Below, piece after piece: positions 20,301 to 22,110 of a stretch of 22,110 bases of DNA (positions within the stretch are counted from its first letter, which is position 1; every line of letters begins with the position of its first letter). The position numbers were made by a program, and so were the translations under genes. Location of the stretch: assembly GCA_964463155.1 (NCBI GenBank), contig CAYXAY010000004.1:12456-34565 (forward strand), read 5' to 3'. Origin of the DNA: an uncultured archaeon (lineage in GTDB: Archaea > Iainarchaeota > Iainarchaeia > Iainarchaeales > CSSED10-239). A model generated the notes under the pieces. The model made no database searches. It was not told the DNA's origin and was given only the letters and a program-made list of their open reading frames with translations.

Positions 20301-22110
20301 CCCTAGCTGTATTTCTGAGTTTGTTCCAATTATAAACTTAACAACAATTCCAGACAATGGTTGACCAACATTGTTTCTTACTCTAAAGCTTAGGTTATTG
20401 TCGCCTGCATAAATGTCGTTAGCGCCTGTGACATCGTTTGTTAAAATTTCAATAAATGCATTGGAGTCTGGATAATATGAAAGTACTTGGATATAATATG
20501 GGTTTGGTGTTGTTATACCAAGTAGCTTTGTGTTTACTCTTGCATCAGTATTAAAGAAATTGTTTATTTCAAGAACCGAATTGTGATCAATCTCTGTTCC
20601 ACGCTCAGCGTCCTGGTCTTGAATAACATAACTTGTGGCGTTTACTGTTTGAATTAAGTTTATTGGTTGAATATTTTGTGAATTGTTTGTTAATCTGTAT
20701 TTATAGGATTTATAAATTAAATTACCAAGAGTGTTGCTTGAAGAAGCATTGACATCTTGGTTGTTTATTCCATTGTTTCCAATATATAATAGCTTTTGTG
20801 CATAATAGTAATTCTTTCCAATATTAAGAGTATATCTTCCATTTAATTGTAATAGAGCTCCTATTGTTTGAGTAGCTATATTATAATCATAAATGTCTGC
20901 AGCAAGACCATAAGTTGTACTGGAAAAGTTTAGGTTTTCGCGATTTGATGGAGCATAAAAGAAACCTTGTGGTCTTACACTACATTGTTGCCATGAGCTA
21001 TTTAAACTTGGGTCAAGAACATAATTGTTATTTGCTTTTGTTAGTCCTTTATAGTGGATTACATAGTTAACAATATCTGTTATTCCATTTTGGAACTTCA
21101 TATTTACAGAAAACTCTATTTGCTCTGCTTTTGTGTTTCTAAAATCAATCCGCGTCCATTTAAAACCAGTTGCTACTGCTGAACAATTGAGTTGTGAATG
21201 GTCAGGGTTTGTGTAATAAGCAGAATAATGATTAAAATTCCAATCATTTGTCTCTCCTGAGAAATTACAACCAAATGTTTTTGTGGCGTTTGGAGCAAAC
21301 ACATTTTCCAGTCTTAAATAATCTGCTGAAAGGGTTGTTAGATTTCCTGCTCTAATATATGCAAATGCTTCTTGTCTATTACTGTCATTTGTTGTTGTGA
21401 ACTTAAATTTTAACTTAAAGGTTTTTGTTCTGTCTGTTGCAAGATTTATTTGGTTAATCTTTATTGTTCCTGTTTCGTCATAAACGCCCAATAACGAAAT
21501 ATCTGAAAATGCATTTGTGCGTGTTGTTTCTAATTCTACTGAACGATATATTTTTTCTCCTGGTATTAAAGTTATAATGCCTGTTTGATAAGTTGCTTTT
21601 CTATTTGCCTTGATTACTGCATAAATATTATTTGGAGAATCTCTAAACACATATTCTTTGTTTCTGTCTGCGCCGGTTACTTCTGCTACAGAATATCCAA
21701 GGACTGCTGTCCCACTACTATCATAAAAAGAAATATTATAATCAGGGACATTAACATAAAGATTTAGTATCTTTGCTCTTTGTCCAAGATTTACACGCAA
21801 TTGAAGATAACGGTTTGTATCAAGCCCATCTGTTTGGGAGACTCCTTGATAGTTGTCTCTCATAGCAAACGCATAATAGTCTCTGTTTGCTCTTATCATT
21901 GTGAAATTACAATCACCGTTGTCGTTTGTTACTCTCGGACCAGATACTGGGATGTCATCATATCCATCTCTGTAAAGATAGACTGTTGCTGTTGAAATAT
22001 TAAAATTGTCTCTTTTTACATTTACTCCAACTATTCCGGAGTTTAGTGCTGATGAATATTCTAAAGGAATTGTCACTGTTGTGTTTCTATCAAAATAATT
22101 AACATCTACT
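17370..22110 (-). CDS. Giant secreted or surface protein, 5'-truncated by the window edge (more than 1,579 aa)
   Basis: The track 'M' at 22076 is an internal GTG. The frame stays open through 22110 (VDVNYFDRNTT-VTIPLEY...). The protein is Asn/Thr/Ser-rich with about four dozen N-x-S/T sequons by eye. Beta-rich segments resemble carboxypeptidase-regulatory/Ig-like folds (GQPLSGIVVKFIIGTNSEIQLGVTDVNGML and ATVYLYRDG...VTNDNGDCNFTMIRANRDYYAFA). A five-Cys module lies at 18681-18887. The window shows no TM segment and no C-terminal anchor; the protein ends PGTNPAPGET. Confidence 0.8.
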   Translation of the reverse strand, partial: VDVNYFDRNTTVTIPLEYSSALNSGIVGVNVKRDNFNISTATVYLYRDGYDDIPVSGPRVTNDNGDCNFTMIRANRDYYAFAMRDNYQGVSQTDGLDTNRYLQLRVNLGQRAKILNLYVNVPDYNISFYDSSGTAVLGYSVAEVTGADRNKEYVFRDSPNNIYAVIKANRKATYQTGIITLIPGEKIYRSVELETTRTNAFSDISLLGVYDETGTIKINQINLATDRTKTFKLKFKFTTTNDSNRQEAFAYIRAGNLTTLSADYLRLENVFAPNATKTFGCNFSGETNDWNFNHYSAYYTNPDHSQLNCSAVATGFKWTRIDFRNTKAEQIEFSVNMKFQNGITDIVNYVIHYKGLTKANNNYVLDPSLNSSWQQCSVRPQGFFYAPSNRENLNFSSTTYGLAADIYDYNIATQTIGALLQLNGRYTLNIGKNYYYAQKLLYIGNNGINNQDVNASSSNTLGNLIYKSYKYRLTNNSQNIQPINLIQTVNATSYVIQDQDAERGTEIDHNSVLEINNFFNTDARVNTKLLGITTPNPYYIQVLSYYPDSNAFIEILTNDVTGANDIYAGDNNLSFRVRNNVGQPLSGIVVKFIIGTNSEIQLGVTDVNGMLKDKNISLSKNLIGSNVNFIFAQFPASFGFSGNQIIIAKTVKSGYKLLLENKTEISGLNPIIYRVGKYKNNGITNITTEEKSYFIARYSDNRGNLTRIEPRGYLQETFIDLNDVNNYLVNNNPPLPYVLSDINREIKTRIALSGIPTTNSPRNPEILGGYNNIINVGAYLNQSVILALDANTKTQVLFDINMNTGVNGLPKPGARIISNNLTVELIKNKSSRVDVNYVIVNDSNTTGTVKLDYNIPSELLGYVNVIVPTNDIEILRRTTAITIGYDLNNSRNINTPILNKLIKINFNYTINQVDFKETLDSNVSIYDINHTITITPLGSQNSMSCSSSSCEKSISMAIRNNTKTYDLNLSSTRFIDNDTNLGIKTPITPKDINANETENISIDINGNFNALKIGAQQWVPYKIVDIFKTLQHNFNIKGINNSNFDKNQALSFRVIVVLQNIQQLLEENGLYGNFCLGVGGMDINTSNFFILGSCDSQLYNDCRTGADAKPKIYYYWGGSPNGSWTNICVADTNTGYDQQKIHCDSVQSLFSVFALINQSETGLISNKEIYLMHDGVSQDLLRDYLANTEFLEAANTTGWGNSILTDANVLAGKFTIRRIETIEGQDRNTTKPGKYQIILNTDFSKLSPTPLHITLKLVREMPYTMRNLLYYMPIDGKLGVIGNGTTANPYKSARDGYGSSLTNQNQLNNLPIVIQSDTINLYPSADGNNSITKINAINNSNNLSKTLRSEGKLLDITLINIDNNGTFNLTAEYTPSYPIPLYAKVVNSQNKGLGYKVLEDTLSYDINFSPLLVWNDYNKEEKQLNDQSFVGGNNLYQLSRVTKDTFKTVYGTNDNTIKLIKTMMYWRMTDSTNFNNLTLTLENVDNNEMSRIYTIRNIDQNGGTVTGNFTNLSRIQNNATIDIQDLFETYVTRNNACIRGGLTGTTIRWIDSNINFTEGQMASIIESAKPGTNPAPGET

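Noticed and set aside
18722-21995. ORFs 18722..18946 (-), 18973..19323 (+), 21585..21767 (+) and 21780..21995 (+) inside the giant gene
   Set aside because: These are alternative-frame or antisense shadows of a continuous 4.7-kb ORF. None has a start context.
1-22110. CRISPR arrays, rRNA genes, IS elements or large tandem repeats
   Set aside because: Scanning the intergenic regions and ORF content by eye found no regularly spaced direct repeats, no transposase-like ORFs and no rRNA-like GC-rich blocks.

Overview
A visibly AT-rich, tightly packed chromosomal segment from a small-genome prokaryote. I lean towards a DPANN-type archaeon and cannot exclude a CPR bacterium. Three things support the archaeal reading. 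First, there is a tRNA-Arg with a GCG anticodon. Second, TATA-like boxes end a constant 22-23 nt upstream of several start codons and of one tRNA 5' end, which suggests leaderless mRNAs. Third, the surface proteins are rich in N-x-S/T sequons. Of the 21 genes, gene relics and tRNAs called here, 19 lie on the minus strand.

Left to right, the content is:
- trkH-trkA K+ uptake pair and tRNA-Arg(CCT)
- a divergent adk plus a 513-aa coiled-coil protein, the only plus-strand genes
- two paralogous membrane-anchored surface proteins
- smc, preceded by a frame-split NYN/LabA-like nuclease gene
- serS
- a roughly 850-bp decayed region holding a Nudix hydrolase relic and structured GC-rich elements
- hisS, with a tRNA-His-like gene just upstream that has an aberrant anticodon loop
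- a frame-split tandem AbrB/SpoVT-like mini-gene and a 197-aa orphan
- HU, a small CxxxC membrane protein and tRNA-Arg(GCG)
- an operon in which a giant secreted protein (more than 1,579 aa, running off the window edge) is followed by two tiny polytopic membrane proteins

I saw no CRISPR array, transposase, integrase, rRNA or recognisable defence cassette.

The most interesting items are:
- the giant-protein three-gene cassette
- the tRNA-His-like gene with C33/A34
- the NYN gene, split exactly at an A_AAA_AAG heptamer
- an A12 tract in the 5' coding region of a surface-protein gene
- a shared S-x-hydrophobic-T-G + TM + basic-tail C-terminus on the two surface proteins

All calls come from reading the supplied translations and sequence by eye. 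No database search was run.
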